Shown: positions 20,588-29,635 of the stretch, piece after piece
Layout: each line of letters opens with the position of its first letter
Numbering within the stretch: position 1 is the stretch's first letter
Assembly: GCA_030610885.1 (NCBI GenBank)
Contig: JAUWQW010000004.1
Location: 1 to 57,832, forward strand
Direction of reading: 5' to 3'
DNA: 57,832 bases
From: Candidatus Aminicenantes bacterium
Lineage (GTDB): Bacteria; Acidobacteriota; Aminicenantia; UBA2199
Program-made: the position numbers and the translations under genes
Notes under the pieces: model-generated
What the model saw: only the letters and a program-made list of their open reading frames with translations
Told to the model about the DNA's origin: nothing
Database searches by the model: none

Positions 20588-21163
20588 ATGGAATTGATAT
20601 TATTGTTTATTTCTTTTGTAATTGTAAACAATTTTGTTTTAAGCCAGTTCCTTGGTATTTGTCCATTTCTTGGGGTATCTCAAAGGATAGATGCTGCTTT
20701 TTCAATGGGACTTGCAGTTACTTTTGTAATGTCAATAACTGCTGCTGTAAGTTGGGCTGTTAATAACCTTATATTGAAAAAATTTGGGCTTGAAATTTTG
20801 GAATATGTTGTGTTTATTCTTGTTATTGCTTCATTGGTCCAGCTTGTAGAGATGTTTGTAAAGAAGGTTAGTCCTCCGCTTTATAGAGCTTTGGGAATTT
20901 ACCTTCCTTTAATTACTACAAATTGTGCTATATTGGGTCTTGCTTTACTTATTTCATTAAAAGAATACAACTTTTTACAGGGTTTAGTAATTGGAATTGG
21001 TGGAGGTGTTGGATTTACTCTTGCTCTTGTTTTAATAGCTGGTATAAGGGAGGAATTAGAAGCAGCTGATATTCCAGAGCCAATGAAAGGTGCGGGAATA
21101 ACCTTAATTGTTTCCGGGATTATGGCTTTAAGTTTTTCAGGATTTGCAGGTTTAATTAAGTAA
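20588..21163 (+). CDS. rnfA: Rnf complex subunit A
   Basis: FLGICPFLGVS and LPLITTNCAILG. Confidence 0.95.
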   Translation: MELILLFISFVIVNNFVLSQFLGICPFLGVSQRIDAAFSMGLAVTFVMSITAAVSWAVNNLILKKFGLEILEYVVFILVIASLVQLVEMFVKKVSPPLYRALGIYLPLITTNCAILGLALLISLKEYNFLQGLVIGIGGGVGFTLALVLIAGIREELEAADIPEPMKGAGITLIVSGIMALSFSGFAGLIK

Positions 21164-21171
21164 GGTATAAA

Positions 21172-21975
21172 ATGAGTAGTTTAATTATTTCAATTTTAAC
21201 GATGGGAGTTATAGCTGCATTTTTTGCATATGGTTTGTCAATTGCACAGAAAAAATTTAAGGTTGAAGAAGACCCAAAGATCGATGAGGCGGAAGAGGTA
21301 TTACCTGGCGCAAATTGTGGAGGATGTGGTTTCCCTGGTTGCAGGGCGCTGGCTGAATCTATAGTAACTGGGGAATCTAAACCTGATAGTTGTCCTGTTG
21401 GTGGCTCAGAAACAGCAAATGCAATTGGGAAAATACTTGGTGTTGAGATAGAAGAAAGCGAAAGAAAAGTTGCTGTTTTAATGTGCAGGGGAACTGAAGA
21501 AGCAGCCAGGATAAAAGCATATTACAAGGGAATTGAAACATGTTATGCAGCTACAATTGTTCAAAAGGGAAATAAGTCTTGTTCTTATGGTTGTTTGGGT
21601 TATGGAGATTGTGTTTTAGTTTGTAATTTTGATGCAATTAGAATAGGTAATGAAGGCATTCCTATTGTAGATAGAGAAAAATGCACAGGATGCGGTATGT
21701 GCATTAAAGCTTGTCCCAAAAATTTACTTGAGCTTCATCCAATTTCAAGAAAGTTCTTTGTTTTCTGTAAATCTCTTGATAATGGGAAGGCTTCGAGGGC
21801 TAATTGTAAAAATGCCTGTATTGGTTGTAAAATCTGCATAAAGGGTGCTAATGATGAAGAGATTGTTGTTGAAAATAACCTTTCTAAAATAAATGATGTT
21901 GAAATCATAAATAATGAAGAAGCAATGAAATGGGTTGGAAAATGCCCTACAAAAGCAATAGGCTTTTTGGAGTAA
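21172..21975 (+). CDS. rnfB: Rnf complex subunit B
   Basis: LPGANCGGCGFPGC and several ferredoxin Cys motifs. Confidence 0.95.
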   Translation: MSSLIISILTMGVIAAFFAYGLSIAQKKFKVEEDPKIDEAEEVLPGANCGGCGFPGCRALAESIVTGESKPDSCPVGGSETANAIGKILGVEIEESERKVAVLMCRGTEEAARIKAYYKGIETCYAATIVQKGNKSCSYGCLGYGDCVLVCNFDAIRIGNEGIPIVDREKCTGCGMCIKACPKNLLELHPISRKFFVFCKSLDNGKASRANCKNACIGCKICIKGANDEEIVVENNLSKINDVEIINNEEAMKWVGKCPTKAIGFLE

Positions 21976-21986
21976 ATCTTTTTTGA

Positions 21987-22892
21987 GTGGATAGTTATAG
22001 TTTTTCTGCCATATCTTCTTTTAAAACGTGTCCAAAGTCATTTGAGTACAAATATATAAAAAAGATTCAAGAGGCTTTTTTTTCAATAGAATCATATATG
22101 GGGATCTCTGTGCATGAAACTTTAAAATGGGCATATGAACAAAAGCAAAAAAATATTGAATTACAAATAGATGATATTAATAATCAGTATAAATATTTTT
22201 GGGATAAAGGGTCCCTTTCAAAAGTAAAAGTAATTAAAATAAATAATAGTATTGAAGATTATTTTAATCAAGGACTTGAATTATTAACATCTTATTTTCA
22301 AAGAGTTTTCTGTTCTGATAAAAGTGAGTCTTTATATTTAGAACATAAATTTGAATTTTTTTTGGATAAACATATTAAATATAGAGGGGTTATTGATAGG
22401 GTCTCAAAAACTCAAGATAAAGTTATTAGAATAACTGATTTTAAAACAGGCAAGATATCTCATCCTTTGAAAACTCTTCAACTTCCATCTTATGCTTTAT
22501 ATATTTTTGAGAATAATTTAGATACTAAAATTGAGTTGTCTTTTGAAGATCTAAAAGAGAAAAGGGAGATCATAGTTCCTTTTTGTAGAGAAGATGGGAA
22601 AGAAATAAGGTCAAATCTAATAGAAGAAATTACACACATAAAGGATACAAATGATTTTAGAGCACAACCTTCTATTTTGTGTATGTGGTGTGGCTACAAT
22701 AAAATATGTGAAAATCCACATGATTCAGTTAAGAGTACTTTAGAGAACAAAAATTTTTTTAGTTTAGAAGATGAATATGAAAAATGTTGTCCAAAGTGTG
22801 GTGAAGTGTTGGTGAAAAGAGAGGGAAAATTTGGAAAATTTATTGGATGTAAAAATTATCCTGAATGTAAATATACACGAAAAGAATGGTAG
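21987..22892 (+). CDS. RecB/AddB/Cas4-like PD-(D/E)xK nuclease with C-terminal topoisomerase C4 zinc finger
   Basis: SFSAISSFKTCP, G...H, E...GVIDR, ITDFKTG, QLPSY and CMWCGY...C; tail CPKCG...GKFIGCKNYPEC. Confidence 0.85.
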   Translation: MDSYSFSAISSFKTCPKSFEYKYIKKIQEAFFSIESYMGISVHETLKWAYEQKQKNIELQIDDINNQYKYFWDKGSLSKVKVIKINNSIEDYFNQGLELLTSYFQRVFCSDKSESLYLEHKFEFFLDKHIKYRGVIDRVSKTQDKVIRITDFKTGKISHPLKTLQLPSYALYIFENNLDTKIELSFEDLKEKREIIVPFCREDGKEIRSNLIEEITHIKDTNDFRAQPSILCMWCGYNKICENPHDSVKSTLENKNFFSLEDEYEKCCPKCGEVLVKREGKFGKFIGCKNYPECKYTRKEW

Positions 22893-22982
22893 TGTAAAGA
22901 TTTCTCACTGTTTTGGTTAAGTCTAATAGTTAAGTGTATTGAGGAGATAGAGAGAAAAAACTAAATTATTACAAGTGCTGAG

Positions 22983-23011
22983 TTGACTTGTAAGGTAATA
23001 TTTATTATACT
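22983..23011 (+). promoter_or_regulatory. Sigma70 promoter
   Basis: TTGACT-N17-TATACT, followed by AGGAGG before ATG 23062. Confidence 0.65.
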
Positions 23012-23061
23012 AATTGTTAAAATCTAAGACAATACTACATCTATATAGTTAGGAGGATATA

Positions 23062-24378
23062 ATGCGTAATGTTTTAATTATGGGCGCAGCTGGAAGAGAT
23101 TTTCATAATTTTAATACATTTATGAGAGGAAAAAGAGAAATAAATGTGGTTGCCTTTACAGCTACACAAATTCCAGGTATTGATGATAAAAAATACCCAA
23201 AAGAACTCGCTGGAGAAGATCAGTATCCTGATGGAATTAAAATTTTTCCTGAATCAGAACTTGAAGATTTAATTAAAAAATTTAATGTTCAGGATGTATA
23301 CTTTTCATATAGTGACGTCCCTTATAATTATGTGATGAGTAAAGCTGCTAGTGTAAATAATGTAGGGGCGAATTTTATAATGTTAGGCCCAAATGAAACG
23401 ATGATTAAGAGCAAAAAACCTGTTGTTTCAGTTTGTGCTGTAAGAACAGGGTGCGGAAAGAGTCAGACATCAAGAAAAGTTGCTAAAATTTTACAGGAAA
23501 TGGGATATAAGGTTTCTGCTATAAGGCATCCTATGCCTTATGGAAATTTAGTTGAACAAAAGGTTCAAAGATATGCATCTTTGGAAGATCTGAATAAAAA
23601 TAAGTGTACTATTGAAGAAATGGAAGAATATGAGCCTCATATTGTTAATGGTATTACAATATATGCAGGTGTTGATTATAAAGCTGTATTGGAAGAAGCT
23701 GAAAAAGAGGCTGATGTTATTTTGTGGGATGGTGGCAATAATGATTTCCCATTTATAAAGTCAGATCTTGAAATAGTTGTTGTAGATCCTTTCAGGCCAG
23801 GCCATGAGATCTCTTATTATCCAGGAGAAGTAAATTTCAGGAGAGCAGATATTATTGTTATCAATAAAATAGATACTGCAGATCTGGGAAATATTCTAAA
23901 AATAAGAGAAAATATAAGGAAATATAATCCAGATGCTGTTGTTATTGATGCTGCTTCTCCCGTTTTTGTAGATAAGCCTGATGAAATAAGGGGTAAAAGA
24001 GTACTTGTTGTTGAGGATGGTCCAACACTTACACATGGTGAAATGAAAGTTGGAGCAGGAGTAATGGCTGCTTTTAAATATGGTGCAAAGGAGCTTGTTG
24101 ACCCAAGGTCATGTGCAACTGGTGAGATTGCAGAGACCTTTAAGAAATACACTGAAATTGGAACATTACTTCCAGCAATGGGATATGATAAACAACAGAT
24201 AAAAGATCTTGAAGATACCATTAATAGTGTTGATTGTGATACTGTTATTATTGGAACACCAATTAACCTGAATAGGATTATAAATATAAATAAACAAGCA
24301 GTAAGAGTTACTTATGAACTTGATGAAATTGGAACACCAACATTAAAGGAAGTCTTAAACAAAAAGTTTGGAAAATAA
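23062..24378 (+). CDS. P-loop NTPase of the cyclic 2,3-diphosphoglycerate synthetase-like family (possible arginine synthetase)
   Basis: IMGAAGRDFHNFN, AVRTGCGKS, RHPMPYG, EEYEPH, WDGGNND and VEDGPTLTHG. Confidence 0.8.
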   Translation: MRNVLIMGAAGRDFHNFNTFMRGKREINVVAFTATQIPGIDDKKYPKELAGEDQYPDGIKIFPESELEDLIKKFNVQDVYFSYSDVPYNYVMSKAASVNNVGANFIMLGPNETMIKSKKPVVSVCAVRTGCGKSQTSRKVAKILQEMGYKVSAIRHPMPYGNLVEQKVQRYASLEDLNKNKCTIEEMEEYEPHIVNGITIYAGVDYKAVLEEAEKEADVILWDGGNNDFPFIKSDLEIVVVDPFRPGHEISYYPGEVNFRRADIIVINKIDTADLGNILKIRENIRKYNPDAVVIDAASPVFVDKPDEIRGKRVLVVEDGPTLTHGEMKVGAGVMAAFKYGAKELVDPRSCATGEIAETFKKYTEIGTLLPAMGYDKQQIKDLEDTINSVDCDTVIIGTPINLNRIININKQAVRVTYELDEIGTPTLKEVLNKKFGK

Positions 24379-24444
24379 GATTAGGAGGGAAAGTTTATTC
24401 TTTTTAAGAAAAAAATAATTTTAAAATGAGAAATAATTTGGTTT

Positions 24445-26799
24445 TTGAGTTTAAAAAAGGAATTATCAAACTCCAGCAGAAAAAAAACCAAGGAGATAAA
24501 AGTGGAAGTAAATCTTAATATTGATAATAAAGATATTGTGCTTATCAAAGATCGTTTAGAGGGAAAATCAACACCTGTTAAACTGGATGATTTGACTCAA
24601 TATATTGCTCTTTTAAAGACTCAGGATAATAGAAAAAATAAGGTTAAGGTATACAATCCAAATTGTGAATACAAAGTTGGAGATCTTATCTGTAAGGAAT
24701 ATCATGGGAAACTTCCTGTTGGTTCTAAAAAGAGCATTGAACTAAATAGAGGAGTTGTTCTAAGAGTTGTTAAAGCAAAGGAAAATTTTGGATTAAACCA
24801 GATTAAATTAGATTATGATGGTACTTCAGTGTTTAGAAAATATACAGAATATTTGCACAGACAAAAAATTGATTTATTGTTACCGCATAAACAGAAAAAA
24901 CCATGTGAGAAAGTCACATATTTACCTGAAGCTGATGACCCCAGAAATATTCAGGACCCACTTATAGATAAAGATTTTATTACTTTGAAGAAGAAATTAA
25001 TTGTTGCAATGCGCAAAGAATCTGATATTGACGTAATAAATGATGAAGCTCTACTTGATAAAAATTTAAAAAAAATCGAACCTGAAATCTTTGATAAAAT
25101 CAAAGCTTTTTTAAAGGAAAATAAATGTTCAGAAACAACCGAATTTTTGGTTGAGAATTTTTTGAAAATTAAATCTGATGAAAAAGAATTCAAAGCTTAT
25201 TGTTTTGCTTTAAATTATAGGATGGAAATGGATTATAAAATTGATTTTCAATTGGTGAATCCATCAGGGGAGGGAAAGTGGAATTTAATCTCAGTAATAT
25301 ATTATCTGAAAAAAAATTCTTTGATAAGTGAAGAAAATCTATTATTAAAAAAAATTATCCTAAAAGACAAAATAAACATTGCTAATAGAAGAAAAAAATT
25401 TGAGGAAAGTGTGTTTTGTGATGAGTTATATCGATATTTTTTAACTGAAAGAGAAATATACTCAGGTGCTTTAAGGTTAAAAACTGGAATTTACAATTTT
25501 GGAGAGTCTATTGAAATTGAAGCAATTGACATTAATACAAAAAAAACTTATACATTGTTTTATTATGTAGATGGAAATTTGATTCTTGGACTTAGAGACT
25601 TATTTGATAGTTACAAAGCATTGCAGGGGATGAGTTTAACCTTTGAACAGTTAGGTAATAACAAATTTCAAATTAATGTGAGAACTAGCAAAAGGGGAAC
25701 AATAGCTGATAAAATTGTTTATGATAATGAAAAAAAAGCATTTAAACCAGTTGATGAGAAAATGGCATCTCCCGTTTTTGTAAGTAAATCTATATTCCTT
25801 GAATCTGATATTTATAGTGTTGTATATGAAAGGATTGATGAATTTAAGAAAATTGAGACATTTAATAAATTAATACATAAAGTATTTCTTGAGTTTGGAA
25901 TTAAAGAGAAAAATTATGAAATTCATATATTAAAATTATATCATATTTTGGATCTTATCTTCCCAGTATATTTAAAAACGGTTGAAGATGTTATATTAAG
26001 TAACCCTGAATTTATACCTTCTGAGAAAATGCCCGGGGTTTTTTATCTTGATTCTGATTCTGTTATGGAGATTGAAGAAGAAGAAAAGGACAGACGTGAA
26101 TTAATGGTTGAAGAAGCACTGAAAAGAAGGGAAATAATAAGAAAAGGAAAAATTAAGGAAGAGTTAGAAAAAAAAGATGAAATTAGATTAAAAAGAGAAG
26201 AAAGGCGAAGGAAAAGAGAAGAAGAGATGAGAATGAAAGAGAGGATAATGAAAGAAAGAGAAGAGAGAAGGAGTACAGAATTCAGAAAAAGAAAAGAAAA
26301 TCTGGAAAGAGTTAAGTTTGACAAACCTCATGAGCAGTTAAGATCAAAAGAAAGAGAAATGGGCGAGAGCAAAGATTCAGGTTTAAAAAGAGAATTTAGA
26401 CTAAAGGATAGGGATGAGGTGTTTAAAAAAAGAGCCATAGTCTCAGAATTAGATATTATGACACCTTCCGAGAAAGTATCTGCTAAAAGAGCTCATGCGA
26501 AGAAGATAAGGGGAAGGGTCGATTTTGAAAAACCCATAAAAACAAAAAAGATTGTAGATAAAAGGGATATTGAAGAAGCTATAGATCTGGATGAAATAAA
26601 AAAAGAGATAAAACTGGAAAAATTAAAGGAAAAGGTTTTAGATAAAAAGAGAGATAATGTGAAAACTGAAATAAAAAAGAAGGTAGCATATAAAGATGGT
26701 AGCACTTTTGGAAGTGTGTTTGCTTCTAAACTTGATGAAATCGTTAAAAAACAGGATGATAACAAGGGAAAGAAAAAGAAAATAAAATCTAAAAAATGA
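24445..26799 (+). CDS. Large hypothetical protein, possibly DNA-binding, with highly charged C-terminal coiled coil
   Basis: 784-aa open frame that overlaps nnr by 4 bp (ATGA); start uncertain (TTG). Confidence 0.7.
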   Translation: MSLKKELSNSSRKKTKEIKVEVNLNIDNKDIVLIKDRLEGKSTPVKLDDLTQYIALLKTQDNRKNKVKVYNPNCEYKVGDLICKEYHGKLPVGSKKSIELNRGVVLRVVKAKENFGLNQIKLDYDGTSVFRKYTEYLHRQKIDLLLPHKQKKPCEKVTYLPEADDPRNIQDPLIDKDFITLKKKLIVAMRKESDIDVINDEALLDKNLKKIEPEIFDKIKAFLKENKCSETTEFLVENFLKIKSDEKEFKAYCFALNYRMEMDYKIDFQLVNPSGEGKWNLISVIYYLKKNSLISEENLLLKKIILKDKINIANRRKKFEESVFCDELYRYFLTEREIYSGALRLKTGIYNFGESIEIEAIDINTKKTYTLFYYVDGNLILGLRDLFDSYKALQGMSLTFEQLGNNKFQINVRTSKRGTIADKIVYDNEKKAFKPVDEKMASPVFVSKSIFLESDIYSVVYERIDEFKKIETFNKLIHKVFLEFGIKEKNYEIHILKLYHILDLIFPVYLKTVEDVILSNPEFIPSEKMPGVFYLDSDSVMEIEEEEKDRRELMVEEALKRREIIRKGKIKEELEKKDEIRLKREERRRKREEEMRMKERIMKEREERRSTEFRKRKENLERVKFDKPHEQLRSKEREMGESKDSGLKREFRLKDRDEVFKKRAIVSELDIMTPSEKVSAKRAHAKKIRGRVDFEKPIKTKKIVDKRDIEEAIDLDEIKKEIKLEKLKEKVLDKKRDNVKTEIKKKVAYKDGSTFGSVFASKLDEIVKKQDDNKGKKKKIKSKK

Positions 26800-28358
26800 A
26801 GCTTATATATTCAAAATGGATGAAAGAACTTGATTCTCAAACCATAAACAATATAGGTATTCCATCTATAGTTTTAATGGAAAACGCTTCAAGAGGTGCT
26901 GCAGATTTTTTTTCAGAAGAATATGATCTTAAAAGATACAAAAATGTCGTCATAGTAGTAGGAAAAGGTAATAATGGGGGAGATGGTATTGCTTGTGGTA
27001 GGATATTATATCAAAAAGGTTATAATATTGAATTTGTTTTACTTACATCTTATGAACGATTTAATATTGACCCTAAGATAAACTTTAATATAATAGAAAA
27101 AATAAACCTGAGACATTCAATAATAAAAAGAGCAGATGAATTAAAGATAATCCTTCAAAAGTATAATAAGTATGATACTTTTTTAATTGATTCGATATTT
27201 GGGATTGGGATAAATAAACCTGTTAAAAAAGGATTTTATTCTGAAATTATAAATTTAATAAATGAGTCTGGTTTTAGAGTTGCTTCAATTGATATTCCTT
27301 CTGGGATATCTGATTCATTTATCCCAGAAGAAGGGATCCATATCAATGCTGATATAACTGCAACTTTTCAAAATTTAAAAATATCACATATTTTTCCTGA
27401 TGGTAATAAATATTGTGGGAATATAAGGGTAATAGATATCGGGATTCCAAAAGTATTGGTTGAGCAGAATAAATATTATATTGAGATAATTGAGCCTTCT
27501 GATTTTGGAAATTTGTTTCAAAAAAGAGAAATTGATGCACATAAAGGGAAGTATGGACATGTGCTTAATGTTTCAGGCTCCATTCAAAAACCTGGTGCTG
27601 GAATATTAAGCTCTTATGCGATTTTAAAAGCAGGTGCAGGATTATGTACTGCTGCTGTTTGTAGCGAGAATAGATTGCTTGTGGTTCAGGCTAACCCTGA
27701 AATAATGACACTTGTTTACAAAAATAATATTGAAATTCTAAAGAGATTAAAGGAGTTTGATTGTATTTTAGCAGGTCCTGGGCTTGGGGATAATGATAGT
27801 ATATATGAGATTGTTTCAATGTTGATAAAAGAATCTGAAGTACCTTTAATTTTGGATGCAGATTCTATAAATGTTTTAAAAAACAGGAAAAATATACTTA
27901 AAATAAAAAAGGGTAATCCTATTATTATTACACCACATATTGGAGAGTTTTCAAGGCTGACTGGTTTATCTGTTTTGGAAATAAGTAAAAATAGTATTGC
28001 TATTAGCAGAGAATTTGCTATGGAATTTAATGTTTTTGTGGTCTTAAAGTCACACAATACACTTATTGCAACACCTGAAGGTAATGTTTATGTAAATCAA
28101 ACAGGTAATCCAGGTATGGCTACTGCAGGTAGCGGAGATGTTTTAGCAGGAATAATTGCAGGATTTGTCTCTCAATTTATAGATAAATATCATTTAGATG
28201 TTATTCTTAAATCAGCAGTTTTTTTACATGGATTCTCCGGCGATATAGCTGTTAGAAAAAAAGGTGAATTAAGTCTTATGGCTTCTGATATTATAGATTG
28301 TTTTTCTGATGCAATTTTAAATTTAGATGATTTTAAAAGTCAATTCGAATTCTCCTGA
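26796..28358 (+). CDS. nnr: Bifunctional NAD(P)H-hydrate epimerase/dehydratase
   Basis: LMENA, GKGNNGGDG, DIPSG, HKGKYG, GPGLG, TPHIGEF and ATAGSGDVLAG. Confidence 0.95.
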   Translation: MKLIYSKWMKELDSQTINNIGIPSIVLMENASRGAADFFSEEYDLKRYKNVVIVVGKGNNGGDGIACGRILYQKGYNIEFVLLTSYERFNIDPKINFNIIEKINLRHSIIKRADELKIILQKYNKYDTFLIDSIFGIGINKPVKKGFYSEIINLINESGFRVASIDIPSGISDSFIPEEGIHINADITATFQNLKISHIFPDGNKYCGNIRVIDIGIPKVLVEQNKYYIEIIEPSDFGNLFQKREIDAHKGKYGHVLNVSGSIQKPGAGILSSYAILKAGAGLCTAAVCSENRLLVVQANPEIMTLVYKNNIEILKRLKEFDCILAGPGLGDNDSIYEIVSMLIKESEVPLILDADSINVLKNRKNILKIKKGNPIIITPHIGEFSRLTGLSVLEISKNSIAISREFAMEFNVFVVLKSHNTLIATPEGNVYVNQTGNPGMATAGSGDVLAGIIAGFVSQFIDKYHLDVILKSAVFLHGFSGDIAVRKKGELSLMASDIIDCFSDAILNLDDFKSQFEFS

Positions 28359-28782
28359 TAAAACTTTTGAAATAGGAGAAAAAATCGGGCAACTCTTAAG
28401 AGGCAATGAAGTAATCCTTCTTTGCGGAGATTTGGGAGCAGGTAAAACTCTATTTACAAAGGGTATTGCTTCTTCATTGGGAATAAATCCAGATAATGTT
28501 GTGAGTCCTACCTTTGTCATAATGAATAAATTTGAGGGTGATTTACATAGCCTTTCACATTTTGATTTATACAGATTAGGGGAAAATATAGATAATAATG
28601 TTCCTGAAATTGATGAATATATTGATGAAAACATAATTGTTGTTGAATGGGCACAATATTTGAGTCCTTCATATTTTAGATTAAAGAATTCAATTGATAT
28701 TAAATTTAGAGTTAGAGACAATTATATAAGAATCATAAAAATTAAAACAAGCCTTGATTATATAACTTTTGATTCCTTTTAG
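28327..28782 (+). CDS. tsaE: tRNA threonylcarbamoyladenosine biosynthesis ATPase
   Basis: GDLGAGKT, SPTF, HFDLYRL and VVEWA; conserved nnr-tsaE synteny. Confidence 0.95.
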   Translation: MILKVNSNSPDKTFEIGEKIGQLLRGNEVILLCGDLGAGKTLFTKGIASSLGINPDNVVSPTFVIMNKFEGDLHSLSHFDLYRLGENIDNNVPEIDEYIDENIIVVEWAQYLSPSYFRLKNSIDIKFRVRDNYIRIIKIKTSLDYITFDSF

Positions 28783-28807
28783 GGAATTTCTTGTAAAGTT
28801 TTATTTA

Positions 28808-29479
28808 TTAAAAGAAAAAATTTACTCCAAAATTAAAGGTAAGTCCACTCATATCGAGTTTTTCAAAACCCTCAAAATAGGATGAGAGATCATCTTTTAA
28901 ATATAAATATCTTGCTTCAAGAGATATACCAAAAGATCTTCTTATCTTGAATACAATTCCTGCTCTACCATTAAAACCTATGGAAAGTTTATCACTTTCA
29001 GCATAACCTTCACTTATTGTTTCCTCTTCAAAGTCAATAAAATCTCCCCATTGTTCATATTTCCATGCATATAAACCGCAGCCGCCACCTATGTAAGGAA
29101 CAATCCTTTTTCTATGGCCAATTGGATACATTTTAAGGTTAATTTCGAATGAATTTATTCTAAGAGAAAGGTTTTGATAGATAGGACTACCGTCATCATA
29201 TTCGTAATCCCTGTACATTGAGTATTCTTCATGTTTATAATGACCTGTTTCAAAAGAAACAGAAAGTTTCCTGTTAGTAAAGAATTCATATTCCATTGCA
29301 TAATAGGCATCACGAAAATCTTCTTTGTTAAAGGTTAGGTTCTCGATGTTCACATCCCATAGGTCAGAACCTAAAGATGGCACAAACAACCCGATTTTAA
29401 AATTCAAGCTATTTTGAGCTTTTAAAGAAAAAAAACCAATTGTTATAATTAATAAAAAAATAAAAAATATTTTTTTCAT
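28808..29479 (-). CDS. Outer membrane beta-barrel protein (OmpA/OmpW-like)
   Basis: Signal peptide, PYIGGG.G strand, alternating beta pattern, terminal Phe. Confidence 0.8.
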   Translation of the reverse strand: MKKIFFIFLLIITIGFFSLKAQNSLNFKIGLFVPSLGSDLWDVNIENLTFNKEDFRDAYYAMEYEFFTNRKLSVSFETGHYKHEEYSMYRDYEYDDGSPIYQNLSLRINSFEINLKMYPIGHRKRIVPYIGGGCGLYAWKYEQWGDFIDFEEETISEGYAESDKLSIGFNGRAGIVFKIRRSFGISLEARYLYLKDDLSSYFEGFEKLDMSGLTFNFGVNFFF

Positions 29480-29501
29480 TTTTTACCTCCAAAAAATGAT
29501 A

Positions 29502-29517
29502 TGCAATTTTAATGCCA
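29502..29517 (-). promoter_or_regulatory. Sigma54 (-24/-12) promoter of the OMP gene
   Basis: Minus strand TGGCATTAAAATTGCA = GG-N10-GC. Confidence 0.78.
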
Positions 29518-29545
29518 GGTTTATTTAATAAAAAACATGAAAAAG

Positions 29546-29594
29546 TGTCCTATTTTTAGGACATAATATGAGAAAATGTAACTTTTTTGTGACA
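29546..29594. promoter_or_regulatory. Tandem TGT-N12-ACA sites, candidate activator (UAS) boxes
   Basis: TGTCCTA-TTTT-TAGGACA (29546-29563, perfect 7-bp inverted repeat) and TGTAACTTTTTTGTGACA (29577-29594), 31 bp apart. Confidence 0.55.
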
Positions 29595-29635
29595 AAATGA
29601 AAGATGCAGGCATTCTGTTTGAAGGGTAATTTTGA

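Noticed and set aside
21987-22892. CRISPR-Cas locus suggested by the Cas4-like gene
   Set aside because: There is no repeat-spacer array and no other cas gene in the window.
26040-26799. Purine-rich low-complexity stretch as a DNA repeat array
   Set aside because: It is explained by E/K/R-rich coiled-coil coding and has no discrete repeat unit.
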